A model generated the notes under the pieces. That model was not told where the DNA came from and did no database searches. It was given only the letters and a program-made list of their open reading frames with translations. Positions 1 through 13,810 of a stretch of 64,000 nucleotides of DNA are shown piece by piece. Each line of letters starts with the position of its first letter. Position 1 is the stretch's first letter. The translations under genes were made by a program, and so were the position numbers. Source of the stretch: the human T2T-CHM13v2.0 reference genome, Homo sapiens. The stretch is taken from NCBI RefSeq assembly GCF_009914755.1, contig NC_060932.1. The stretch is one strand, 5' to 3'.

Positions 1-225
1 GTGCTCACTGCATTGCTAGATGCCATGCTAAATGATTATGTACTTTACACTAACTAAAGTGTCACTCACAGCCACCAATAAATAGGTTACATTATTTTCT
101 CTATTTTACAAGTGAAAAAAAATGGGTTTATGCAAGTGAGGGATCTTGATCAAGTTCCCACAGCTAGGGAGAGCTAAAATCCAAACTGAGTCTGACTCCA
201 AAGCCTATAGTTTTTACTTCTCCAC
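1..225 (-). mobile_element. MIR SINE (degenerate)
   Basis: Antisense MIR core: ctattttacaagtgaaaaaa...cttgatcaagttcccacagctag...gtctgactccaaagcc. Confidence 0.7.
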
Positions 226-860
226 TATAAATATTCCATAAGTCACTTATAAAGAAGCTTATTGATAAACACTTACGATACTTCTAGTTTTTGCATTTGA
301 AAATAATGCAGTAATTTACATTATACTTGTATGAATATTTATACCCTAAAATAGCCAAACTAGGAATTTTTAATTCAAGGAAATACATGTAATTTTTATA
401 GATATTATCAAATCATCCGTCTCAAAACAACAATCATGAGAGCTTATATTGTCAGCAACTTTCTCAAAGCAACAATTCTCAAAAATTTCTAAATGCGTTT
501 TAAGCAACAAATGTTTATTTGGAATGTAACAATTAGTATGAATTGGACATGTAAAATACACAAACCCACTTAAATATCATTTTATTATCATCATCATTAT
601 TACAGCAAATCAAAAGTTGTTGTTCTCATTATACCCCTTATATTTCAAGGGCTGAACACTTTGCATCTAGACAAAACGGAGTAAGTTTGGATTATAACTG
701 TTTGGTTTCGTCGTCCATTGTCAATCTTCCTATTTGAATTATTTCAGAAACTCAGATTTTAAACCAGTGTTCATCAACCATACTCCTGAAGGAGGTTGCT
801 TGGCCCAGTACATTCAGCAAAATGATTGGTCCAAGTACAGATTAGCTGGAAATTACTTAC

Positions 861-933
861 CTTGCCCTTTTCAAAGCTGTGAGGCTTTCTGCCTGATTAC
901 TGTCACTGGGTTTTGTCTCTTCCCTATTGCAAC
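861..933 (-). other. Candidate 73-nt internal exon of a minus-strand transcript
   Basis: Minus strand: branch-like tactcat, ttctctttag|GTTGCAATAGG...AAAAGGGCAAG|gtaagt; one open frame (CNREETKPSDSNQAESLTALKRA), protein not recognised. Confidence 0.55.
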
Positions 934-1016
934 CTAAAGAGAATTTTGCAACTGCAATTTGCAATGAGTAACTGGATAGCGATAATGGAGGCAGTGAACC
1001 TTCCCATGTAAAGCTA

Positions 1017-1168
1017 TTAGGTTGGTGCAAAAGTAATTGCGATTTTTGCCATTAAAGGCAAAAACCATTGCCTTTTATGAGTAAAATGAGTAAAAACCAA
1101 ATGCCATTGCCTTTAATGGCAAAAACCGCAATTACTTTTGATGGCAAAAACCACAATTACTTTTGCAC
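1017..1168. mobile_element. MADE1 (Hsmar1 mariner MITE), internally rearranged
   Basis: ta|ttaggttggtgcaaaagtaattgcgatttttgccatt left TIR; two copies of atggcaaaaacc(g/a)caattacttttg right-TIR sequence. Confidence 0.9.
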
Positions 1169-1425
1169 TTGTTTATTTAAAAATAAATTGAGTGCTCACA
1201 ATGTGTCATTCTCTGTAATTAGCACTAGGGTAGAAAGAGCAAAAGGATACACAGAATTCCTGTCTTCAGGAAGCTTCTAATTTAGCCTCCTGTAGCAACA
1301 AGCCAAGTAATATCAATTTGAAAAGAGACCAGTGCACTGTATTTCTCTGTGGTATATGTGACATGACTTCAGTTAACTTTATAAGATTTCCCCCATCTTC
1401 AAACTAAATTCGGTGTTAGTTTGGT

Positions 1426-1482
1426 TTTATTTGCCATTATTTTTAATGGCAAAAATCATAATTACTTTTGCACCAACTTATA
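1426..1482. mobile_element. MADE1 half element (right arm)
   Basis: ttgccattatttttaatggcaaaaatcataattacttttgcaccaactta. Confidence 0.85.
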
Positions 1483-1684
1483 ATAAACATCCCTTAAGTC
1501 TGCAAAGCTAAGGAATCACCACCTGTTTACCCATTCCATGATCCCTATTTTATAAGCTACATAAACGATTAGAAGAAAAATTGGAGTCTTGGGGTTCTTT
1601 TATAACATGTGCACAACCTAGTTTGTTACTAGCACCTCAGTGGCATATCCAGCAATATCCTCATTCCTTTGAAAAGTTTCAGTT

Positions 1685-2383
<699 letters not shown>

Positions 2384-3034
2384 TAAATTAATCTTTATTG
2401 AGACTGTGGGCTAGGTGTAACCTTCTGAACTTCAGATTTCTCTTTTATGAAAGAGGATAAGACCAACCATTTCCCTCCTAACATGGATAGGCAAGATAGT
2501 CAAGTATAGGAAGTTTATGTGCGACCAAGGGAAGAGGATGGCTCTGATGACATGTAGATCTACTTTAGTGAAGAAATATCTGTTCTTTAGAATGAAAACA
2601 AGCAGCTTGGTGCTTGCAGTCCAGAGAAGAAGGGCATGTAGAGAAAAGGAACCTGTCTAAATACTTGAGGTATTTTTTTGCTGTTCTGTGTGACCCTCTG
2701 TGACCTTCCCTTCTCCCTCCTCTTACGGCCCCAAACTCAGCTATTTGACTAAATGTTTCACTTCTCAACAAGTTATGCTGGTGTTACGTAGAGACAGACT
2801 TAATTAAAGTTTGCATGTGGTGAGTGAGAAAGAGAAGGGCATTTAAACTGAGTCAGGACCTGTTAGAAAAAACAAAACAAAACAAAACAAAAAAAAACAG
2901 CTGTGACAGAATGACACAAGGAAAAGAAGGAGGTGCAAAAAGCCATTTGGTTCGAGCTCTGTTAATTCAGGCCAGGGAAGAGGTAATGCAGAGGCCCGAG
3001 GGGGTGAGTTAAGGACAGGGTTTCTGCCTTAACT

Positions 3035-3210
3035 CTCAACATGCTTGGTTTTATTAGTTTAGGCCAGGCGGCTGCTAACATTATTTTAGTATCTATTTTG
3101 TGAGTGATTATGTTGTATGCATGGGCAGGAGGTCAGGCGGGTCGGGCCTTTCTGCTCCAGACCATCTCTGCATGAGCCTTTCGCCTTCAGATCTTGCTGA
3201 AACTTGCCAC
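3035..3210 (-). other. Possible terminal exon (acceptor plus AATAAA), weak
   Basis: Minus strand ttgtctgcttttacag|GTGGCAAG at 3210, alternative acceptor ctttttcccattag| at 3227, AATAAA at 3055-3050; repeat-free with several retained CpGs. Confidence 0.25.
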
Positions 3211-3844
3211 CTGTAAAAGCAGACAACCTAATGGGAAAAAGAGCAGCACTTAAAATGCTGTTTTTTCTCCACTGCTCTCTAGTGTAAAGAACGTTGTAAA
3301 AATATTTCAAACTGGATTTTTTGTTTTGATTGCGTTAACTCTTTGTTGGACCGTCGTCACACTTTTCCCACAAAATTTACTTTCGGTAACCAGAGATGTT
3401 TTGGAGAAACTGAATATTATGTCTGCAAACAGAGGGAAGCAGTCAGAGAAACCCAAAGGGAGGCTTGCTAATGTTCTGATCACTTAAACTCGTCTGTCCT
3501 ATCATACACAATGACCACAGCTTTGGAAAGCTAACAAACCAGTTTCTTTTTTAGGAACTCTCTTTCATTTGTGTTTGAACGAAACGTCCATGAAACATGG
3601 ACCAGCTCCAACCACAATGTTTTTGAGAGCCAACACCCAAAAGAAGGGATGCAGTCTAGATCTTAATCCTAATTTCTTACCCAACTGCCCGTGTGACCTT
3701 GTCTCATCATGATGCCTCAATGCCTCAGTTTAACTTTACAAGGATCTGCTGGCCTCATTGTTTGGGGGATTGGACTCATTTATTCGCTGTTACTCAGAGC
3801 TGTTAGGTAATCAGGCAGGAATCATGGACCCAAAAATGGGGTTA

Positions 3845-4299
<455 letters not shown>

Positions 4300-4388
4300 G
4301 GCTACTGGGCTCACTCTCTTCTGGGCCTGATGCTCTGAAACCCCTCCTGCTTTCTGTCTAAGCTGTCTGGAAAGCTTTCAGTTATTCC

Positions 4389-5200
4389 TTCACTCACTCA
4401 ACAAATATTTGTCAAACATCTCCCCTGCTCAAGGCACTGTGCAAAGATGCTCTAGGACCAACTCTCCACTCTTGTGAATCTTCTACTCAATGAAGAGATA
4501 ATGCATGTTCAATAAACGAATAAATAAATATGCAACACATCAGACAGTAAGTGCTGTGAAGGAAAGTTTAGCAGGATAAGGGAAGGAGAAAGTCTGTCAA
4601 CTCTAACGAGGTGACAATGAGTAGAAGTGTGGATGAAGTGGAAGACTGAACCATGCAGATATCTGGGGAAGAGCAGTCCAGGCAGAGGAAAGAACATGCA
4701 CCAAGGCCCTGAGGTGGAGGCGTCTGGAATGTTCACAGACAGCACGCCGTCTCATGGGGTAGCACAGAGTGAGTGAGGAGGACAGTGGTAGGGGCTGAGG
4801 TTGGGAAAATAACCGGGGTCCTCTGTGAGCAGGGCCTACAGGACAAGTTAAACATTTTGGATTTCATTTTGAGCGTGATGGGAAAAACCAATGGACTGTT
4901 TTGATCAGAGAAATGTTATGGTTTGACTTTTTCTGAAAAAAGGACCAGCTGGTTCCCTGTGGAGAGTGGATTAAAGAGGGTCAAGAGGGGAAGCTATGGG
5001 ACTAGTTAGGAGTCTGTTTCATTGGAACAGGTAAGGGGTAATAGTGATGTGGCCTAGGGTAGTGATACCATGAGTAGAAAAAGGTGGTCTGATTTGGAAT
5101 GCATTTCAAATACAGAGGTGAAAGGACTGAGGATGGTTTGAATATGGGATATGTGAAAGAATGATAGTCAAGAATGATACTTAAGCAAGTAGATGCCGTT
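4389..5200 (-). mobile_element. L2 LINE 3' region
   Basis: ttcactcactcaacaaatatttg (antisense L2 tail), tggggaagagcagtccaggcagagg...aaggccctgagg. Confidence 0.75.
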
Positions 5201-5997
5201 ACACAGAGAGAACATTCTGGAAGAAAAACCATGGAGGAGCAGCTAGCTTGGGGGCTTCAGAGGCTGATGGGAAAATCCAAAACTGTGTTTCAAGCATAAA
5301 TTACAGGGTCCATCTGAAGAAGAGAATGCCTGCTTTCAAGGCAGAGCTATTTCATAGAGAATAGAGGATCAAGGAGGTCTCATGTGGGCCAGAGGTGAAA
5401 TGGTGGAGAAAGCCACATTCAGGCTAGGAATCTTGGGTAGGATACTGTCACTATGAAGCAGATACCTTTCTCTGACCAAGGTAGCCAATATTGACCACTA
5501 GACCCTAATGGCTATTGCATCTGGATAGAGAGAGTCCCCTGGTTAGGGTCCTTAGTATCCAGGCTTCTAGATACTGTTCTAGCAACAGCTTGATCAAGGG
5601 TGAGAGAGGCCAATCTAGTAAAGACCAGAACCTGGATACCCTGCTTCTTACCATCTTCCGCACTGCCCTGCATCCAACATTGCTCCCTCCCCCAAAAAGT
5701 GGCAATGAATACTGGAAGGTCTTAGCTGCAAACAAGATGGTAAGAAAGAAGCTGAAAAGCCCAGAGTAGTCAGCGCAGAGGAGTGTGGCAGTCCATAATT
5801 GATGGAGGTCCAAGCAGGTAAATCTGCAGCAGCAGAGACATAGTACAACAGGGAGAAGGGGTCCATTATGGAACAGGACTAGGGTAGGATGTTAAGGGAT
5901 ATCTATTTATTCCTTTTCCCTTCTCTTCCTTCCCTTTCTCCATCCTTCTCTTCTTTCTCTCCCTTTTCCCCTTACCCCTTTCATCCTTTGCATCTAA

Positions 5998-6118
5998 GCA
6001 TTCATGCCTTCAGCAAACATTTATTTAATGCCTGTTGTGTACCAGCCATTGTGCTAGGTCTTGAGAACACCTAGAAAAAACATAGAGTTGACCTTCCTGA
6101 GGCTGAGAATTTAGTGGA
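5998..6118 (-). mobile_element. L2 3' end fragment
   Basis: ttcagcaaacatttatttaatgcctgttgtgtaccagccattgtgctagg. Confidence 0.65.
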
Positions 6119-6125
6119 GGTTGGG

Positions 6126-6137
6126 GGGGAATTCCCC
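6126..6137. promoter_or_regulatory. Palindromic NF-kB-type motif GGGGAATTCCCC
   Basis: Perfect 12-bp palindrome matching GGGRNWYYCC; function not shown. Confidence 0.35.
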
Positions 6138-6474
6138 AAATTCCCTCTTGGTTCAGTGGAAAAGGCAAAAGAGTTAAGGGTAGGAGCCACACAGGTCACC
6201 TGACCACACACGTTTGTAGTCTGTTTTCAATGTAAAATATGAAACCGCCCTGCTCTAGGCTTTCTTTGTTATCTTTTATGTTTCTGTTCTGTGAGTGGCA
6301 GGGCCTCCTTTCCTGTGGGTTTTTTTCAAAGTCTTATCATATACACCATTCTGATGCTTCGTTTTCACGCAGAAGTTGACCTTTTATATAAAAGGATATT
6401 ATTATTTGCTTGATGCCTTACAAGAACATCTTCAGATATTTTTTAAAGGAATTTTTATTAATATGCTAGGCAGG

Positions 6475-6705
6475 AAACACAGTGGTTAATAAAATGGATT
6501 CTGAAATCAGACAGATCTAGGTTGAATGTAGGCTCATATATCTAACAGCTGTGTGACCTCGGAAAATTTACTTTGCTGTTCTGAGCCTCAATATCCTCTA
6601 TGTAAAAAATTATATCTAACTCATAAGGTTGTCATATATATTAAATAAAATGGGGTAGGTAGGTAAAGTGTTTGATGCATAATTAACAAACACTCAGTAA
6701 ATAGC
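6475..6705 (+). mobile_element. MIR SINE
   Basis: agtggttaa...agctgtgtgacctcggaaaatttact...ctgagcctca...ctcataaggttgt. Confidence 0.8.
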
Positions 6706-9700
6706 TCTTGTGAGTTGTCAAGTGCCAAATTCACACATCCAATGTTTTCTTCTAGTGTTTATCTATACCACTGTGTCTTTTACCTTTCCGCATATTAATA
6801 TCGGTTGCTAAATAAACTATGTGTGTCCAAATTCTCTTGTATGTTGCTTCACAGAATAATCATTTAGGGGAAAAAGACCCAAGATGAAACTAGAAAACCT
6901 CTATAGGCATAGAATTAGCAGCCACATATAAATTGATCCCAATTGAGGGGACACGATCAGGAATAATTTGGGAGAACCCTGTGTTACTGCCTACTCTCAG
7001 AAATAAAACCGAGGAAAACTGCCCAACAGATGTTAAAAGTAAGAGTTAGTTAGGTTCTGGCAAATAGAGTCGCTTCAGAACAGAGGTCCTCAAACATTCC
7101 ACTGCAAGCTTAAAAAAAGTTTTCTATCATACATTTTGGTACTGTTGAACAAAAAATGCATTAACAGGTTTGCAATGGAAAATAGATTCCTTGACATATG
7201 CTACTTACAATTGGTTGATAGTAGCTGCTGGGAGAGCTATGATGAAGGGCTATGAGGTCTGATACTGTATCCATGATAAAGAATGCTGTGACCCATTTAA
7301 AATACCTTGTATGGATGGGCATAGGCATGGGGAATGTTGGTATGAGTGTTCTGTACTTGCCATTCCTCGTGAACACTGCTAACCTGGGTACGTTTCCAGT
7401 TTTAGTAACGCTTAAGATAAAACAAAAGTATCTACTTATCCTAAACTCTTATTAGGCTTTATTATTTACTCATTTATTCATTCATTTTTTTTTTTGCACA
7501 GACTTATCCCTTTAACAAAAAATACTTCTGAATCTGTGTTCTGTTCCAATTTAGAATTAATTCAATTCAGGAAAACATATATTGATAAGTAGATTTGCAG
7601 CATGGATAAATGGGGAAAACAGGAATAAAAGATGGTTATTCCAAAGGAAAAGGTGAACTGGTGATTCTGTGGAGAGAAACCTGAAGTAGAAAAGAACAAA
7701 GATTGAAATTATTCAAAAGAACATGCTATATATGGAGGACAGAAAATAAAGTGGTGCGCTCAGATTTACAGTTGTTCTTAGAGAAGGAACTGGAATAATT
7801 ACAGAGTCATGCTAAACAAAATTTCACAACTGGGAAGCTTCTTAAGTTGAAAAAGAAAGAAAATAATTTGAAGCTCCTGGTCAAAGGATATTGCTTTGAA
7901 AAAAATTACTAATTTTACTGTTGATTAGTGTAAAATTATGATCCTCTTATATTCGTAAAGGGTTGAGCTAATACACAAATATCCTATGAAATGAATCAGT
8001 CAAGGTGGAATTATTAAAGCATTTGAGCAACTATGTGAATCTCAATCACTCACTCAATCTTTACAAAAAGGACTCGCAGCAAATGTCAAATACAACTTTT
8101 TAAAGATAGAAAACATAAACATTTGTTGTTTGCTTGTTTTATTTTTGACTTTCCCATCCACAATTTATCATAAACTGGATACCCATTTGATTGGGAAATT
8201 ATGAATTTCACTATTAAGGTCAAATTTTTATCATTCCTTATAATTTAAAATGATGATACTGGGCTGGTTTAAGTGCTTACTTAAACCAACTTCCATACTA
8301 ACAGCTCTCCACACTTCTCTCTTTTGTCCCTTGCAGTAAGCAAGTCAATTTAGTGTTATAATCTTTATTTTAAGATAAAGGTATAAAGGCTTTGAGAGAG
8401 TGTGAGCCAGGATTCAAATCTCAATTTGACTCTGAAGTCTATGCAATTTTAACCACAGTAACTATTAGTAGATTAATAGCTATAATTATATAAGAATTAA
8501 TATATTAATAGGTAATTATTGTATTAGCTCTCCAACTGGAGTTGCTACAGCTAAGAAAGATGACTCCAGAAGGTAGAAGCTATAGGAAAACCAGCGTGAT
8601 TGTTATTTAGGGCCATATTTCATCCTGAGGGGTCTCTTCATGGAAACCAACCAGTCTTCCAGCACTGAACAAATTACCATTGCCAATTGGACATGCTGGG
8701 GAAAAAACATATTACCATATTGTTTAGCTCTTGGAAAATGAAGCACTCTTCATCTGTAACTTTGTGCAGCCATATTCCTTTATTTTCTCTGGCTCTGGGT
8801 TCTCCCATTGGGAGTGCAAAAGAATGTCTTCAAAACTCCCCCAAGCACAGAACTTTCCAGGCCATGGAAGAACATGCATGTTGAAAGCCATCCATTCAGC
8901 TGCTCATTTAGGAATTTATTTCCTGGTACATCTATCTGGCTTTTCTTTGCCATGAAAGAACTGGCTCAATTCTCAGTTTTATTGGTATTTTAGCTTCTCA
9001 AATTGTGCAAGATCTGTAGATTTACAAAATTGTAGTACATCTCTCTTTACCCTTGCAATTTACACACTTACCTGTACTTTTTTCTTTAGTACCAGACACA
9101 ACTGTTTTTTAATCTGTTAGAACGTGTAGCTCAATAAAATACAATAGCAGTATGTGTTTTGGAGAATTTATGTATGTAATATGAATACGGAGAATTTAAA
9201 AAATTATATTGATTAAGAGAACAAAAGGGGCTGGTGAATACTTTTATATATAGTTTTAATAATATTCAACTTTCTGTAAGTAGCCCCTCCCCCACCTTGA
9301 TTTCACAGTGGCTTTGGAAAGAATTTAAATCTGATACAAAATCACTGTATTAAATTTCCAAAGTCCCCAAATTCACCTTTAAATTCCTTCATCCTTATCC
9401 GCTGGATTATGACTTTCATCCAAGAGCTCCCCCACATCTTTGTGGTCCCAGAATCAAGAAAATTCCTCTTTACATTGCACTTATCTTTTGGCAAGTAAAA
9501 TAAAATTTGCCTGGATATTCTTCTCCAATCATACTGTTATGATCAGTTTGAAATGGAAATGACCAGACTTCATTTGGATTACAAGAGAAACATTCTCCTT
9601 TAAAAAAAAAAAATTAAAACAAAATGTAAAAGTGAATAATGGGAAATGCTGCCCCAGGCCTATGTTTATAGACACAGAGACAAACCCTGAAAACTGGGGC

Positions 9701-9757
9701 GGAGGGCTGGATGAAGAACAAACAGTCCATCAGTTTTGCTTAAAAATTGCCTAAGAA

Positions 9758-10120
<363 letters not shown>

Positions 10121-10277
10121 CTATAGGAGTTAGGTATTTTGTGAGTACATGAAGTATCAGAGCCAGTTGAACGTTGTGGCAGCAGTATACACAAATAATT
10201 TATTTGTCAAACATTTATTGAATTCCTATATGCATCAAATGGATATTATGGTAGGCCTTGGAGAATTATCTTGATGA

Positions 10278-10578
<301 letters not shown>

Positions 10579-12846
10579 GACATTGTGTTTTTAAATAAGT
10601 GACTGTGTTATGTTTTTTAGAGGAAAGAAGCTAGGTCTTTTTCATAAATGCCGTAGTTTAATAAATAGTAATACAGTTTCAAATACACCTGATTTATAGC
10701 AATGAGGTGGCTTAGTGTCTTTGTGGCTCTAATGCTAAAATATCAAACTGCTCAACAAACATGAGGTTTCAAGATACAACTCATCTCCAACATGCTCCTT
10801 AAAATACAGGCAATTTCCATTGATTTGCACGAGAGGAGAGAAACTGAGATGTGTCTAAATAAAATGGTAAATAACAAGAAGTAATACGTCTTCTGCTTTA
10901 GTGCTTGCATTTATATATGAGTGTTTTTTGGTGGGGGATACCAATGAAACTCATTTCCAATGGAATCCTGTTGCCATGCTTGAGGATGTGACTCGGGAGG
11001 AAGTTGGCAGTTTTCTAGTTTTCTACTTCTGCTCCTATTCAGCAATGCCTCTAACCACATCCACCCTGGGACAAATCTATCTTCTCTGATTCAGACAAAA
11101 TGCCCACATACAAATCTTTCCTGGAGTAGGAAGTGGCTTAACCATCTGGTTTTCAAAGACATGTTGTGCAAGCAAAGTAAACAGGGAAGCTTATTGAATT
11201 AGTAAATTGAAATTAAGCAAATTATTTCCTACCCCTTAATAGTAGCTACCCAAGATGTCAACAAAGCAAGGATCAGTGTCAATAATATTAGAAGCAAGGC
11301 TAGCAGCGCTTATTACAAGACAAACAATCCAGTGGCACAGAGTAAATTGCTTCTAAGTTCCTGGATTCTAAACATCTCCATGAGATGTTTTTGTATCTTT
11401 TTCCATGAGATGTTTTGTATCCAGAGAAAGATTTTGTATCTTTCTCTGGGTCTTCCAAATTGGCAATTGGAAAAAAAATTGCTATTAAATAATAAGAATG
11501 ATGATGATGATGATAATGATTTCTCTTTTGGGGCCAATGCCAAATTTATCAGTCCCATTTGTTTCCCTCCACCCACATTTTTGCTGTAAGCTAATAGGTA
11601 TTCTATACAAGAAATAATTTTCACTCACAAAGTGTGTAATTCCATCCATAAAGAATCCCAGCTCCCTGCAGAAGCCTGGGTTTACCGATGGTTGAGATGC
11701 ACTGATGACGCCTCAGATTGTGCCCTCTCTCTTGATTGAAAGCAGAAGGACCCCCCACTCCTGCTCGGCCTCCTTACTTATGAACAGTGTCGATCCACTT
11801 CCTGTTCCCCTCTGTTAATTCATACCAGGACAGACGCAAGATCAGAATGAGGCACCCAGCATTTCGGCACCTCCTTGGAGCAGTGTTGATGGGAATAAGT
11901 GTTTGCAGACTGCAGGTTCCTGTTCAGGCTACCAGAGGGTGACTTTTCAATTCTTAGTTAACCAGTTCCAGCCCAGAAAAATAGCCACTGTACACTAGCA
12001 CTACTCAATATTGTTGGGCTTTTTTCCCGCTTCTCTTGAAGTATTGACCACCCAACCATTATCACTCCCAATTTAAAATGAAATATGGAGCTCCTCATCT
12101 GGGTTTCAAATGAGATGCAACTGTCTCTTTGTTCTGCTGAAATCAATCAGAATCTTGCCCAAATGGGAGGTTTCAGGTTACCACAAGGAATGTGTTTCCA
12201 GGGGTGTTTGTGCTGAAATAAAAAAAAAATGTGATAATCATTACATGGATAGTCAATAATTATAAGCATTTCCTCTTGGAATCACAGAGAAAAAAATACA
12301 GGGACCATATCAAACTCAAAAAAAAATCACTGAATTTCTATCTGGTATATTAAGGCACCTGGTTGGGGCCTATGGCCACACTTCCTTTCAATGCTGCTGC
12401 ATTTTGACATTATTTGTAACCCTGATTGAAGTTGCCACACTATTTTGCTAAAAGTAGTGCTGAATTTGTCCAAATGTTTTTTTCTTAAAGTGAAACACTC
12501 TAGTAGAACCAAAGCCGCAACTGTCAAAAAATGCAACATTATATTTTGTATGTCAGGTACATTCTAACCTGTAAGTGGCAGCTGATTCTAGTTCTAGGGA
12601 AAGGTCAAGATGCATTACAAAATGAGATCTTCGCGGGCAATTACAGGCACCCTCGAATGTCATACGGTATGTATATTAGGTCGTATGATCTGTACTTAAA
12701 AGGGGCATGGTTGCTGCTTCAGAGACTAATATTTCAAAATGTAGTAGGTTATTTTCCACCACACATTCTTGTCTTTTTCACTAGTTCAAAGCAAATGGCC
12801 TAGAAGCTTGGGCAGATTCCACTTGCTCAACTCAAAAAAGACTTAC

Positions 12847-12919
12847 CTTCTTAGTTTTTTCTTCTGCTGTTTAATGCCCACAATTTAAATACATTATTTT
12901 AAAGACCAAGTGAAATGTC
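12847..12919 (-). other. Candidate 73-nt non-coding exon
   Basis: Minus strand cttgac...cctttatttag|GACATTTC...CTAAGAAG|gtaagt; stops in all three frames. Confidence 0.45.
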
Positions 12920-13394
12920 CTAAATAAAGGCTATTTGCACGTCAAGTTGGGATGCTCTCAACTGTGCTAGAATCCATCTTCAGGTTTCACTTCCCAAATC
13001 TCTGTCCCCCTTTAAGTCCAAAGGGATTCATAAAGCAAAGTAACCCCAAGCAGGGACTAAACAGCAACCGGTTGATAGTCCTTAGTTGCTCTGGCCAAAA
13101 GGCAAGCAGAACAGTGAAGGCTGCTTGTAGAATAATTACTTCCACTGCTGTCTCATGGCTGTTTAACCAGAGGCACAAAGTTCTGAATTAAATTGCCAAA
13201 ACCCCACGTGATTCTGCTCTAGAAAAATCCAGGACATTGTTTTGCACCCTCGGACTAAAAGTCTCACCTACTTTACTTACACACTCACCCTTGACTACAC
13301 ACAGATGAATCCAATATAGGATAACTGGTAAGCTCTGCTAGAACATCCAGATGGGTGCAAACCAAGGTTAGATATACTTTACAACAGATGAGCA

Positions 13395-13810
13395 AGAGAA
13401 GAGAACTAACATCTACTGGACATTTTCTATGTGTGCTTGGCCCTGCATGGCCTATCTCATTATATCCTCAGAAAACACTCAAAAGGCAGGTGTGCCTATC
13501 CCCATGCTGACGATGTGAAAACTGAGATTAGCAACGGAAGGCAAGATTTCCCGGGCCTGCTGTTAGTGGCAAAGCAGGGATTTGCATTGAGCTCTGCCCC
13601 ACTTCAAAGACAGACCCTTTCCCTAAACCAAGCAGCCACTCAATTCTTAGCATCCGTAGACACCCACAAATAGGAGGGCCTAGATAACACCCAGCTGAGC
13701 CCATCATTTTAGACCTGAGGAATCTGAGGTTAAGTGACTCACTTGAGGAAAGCCAAGTTAAGACCAGATGCAACTGGCCTTGCTGGTCGCTAAGCAGATA
13801 GTGCCACTTA
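13395..13810 (-). mobile_element. Two adjacent MIR fragments
   Basis: cccatgctgacgatgtgaaaactgag and cccatcattttagacctgaggaatctgaggtt cores. Confidence 0.55.

Noticed and set aside
1017-1168. Repeat-spacer pattern resembling a CRISPR array
   Set aside because: Eukaryotic context; the units are MADE1 TIR pieces with irregular spacing and no cas genes
1017-1482. Assignment to a specific MIR548 gene
   Set aside because: Thousands of MADE1 copies share these sequences; a locus cannot be assigned without a database search
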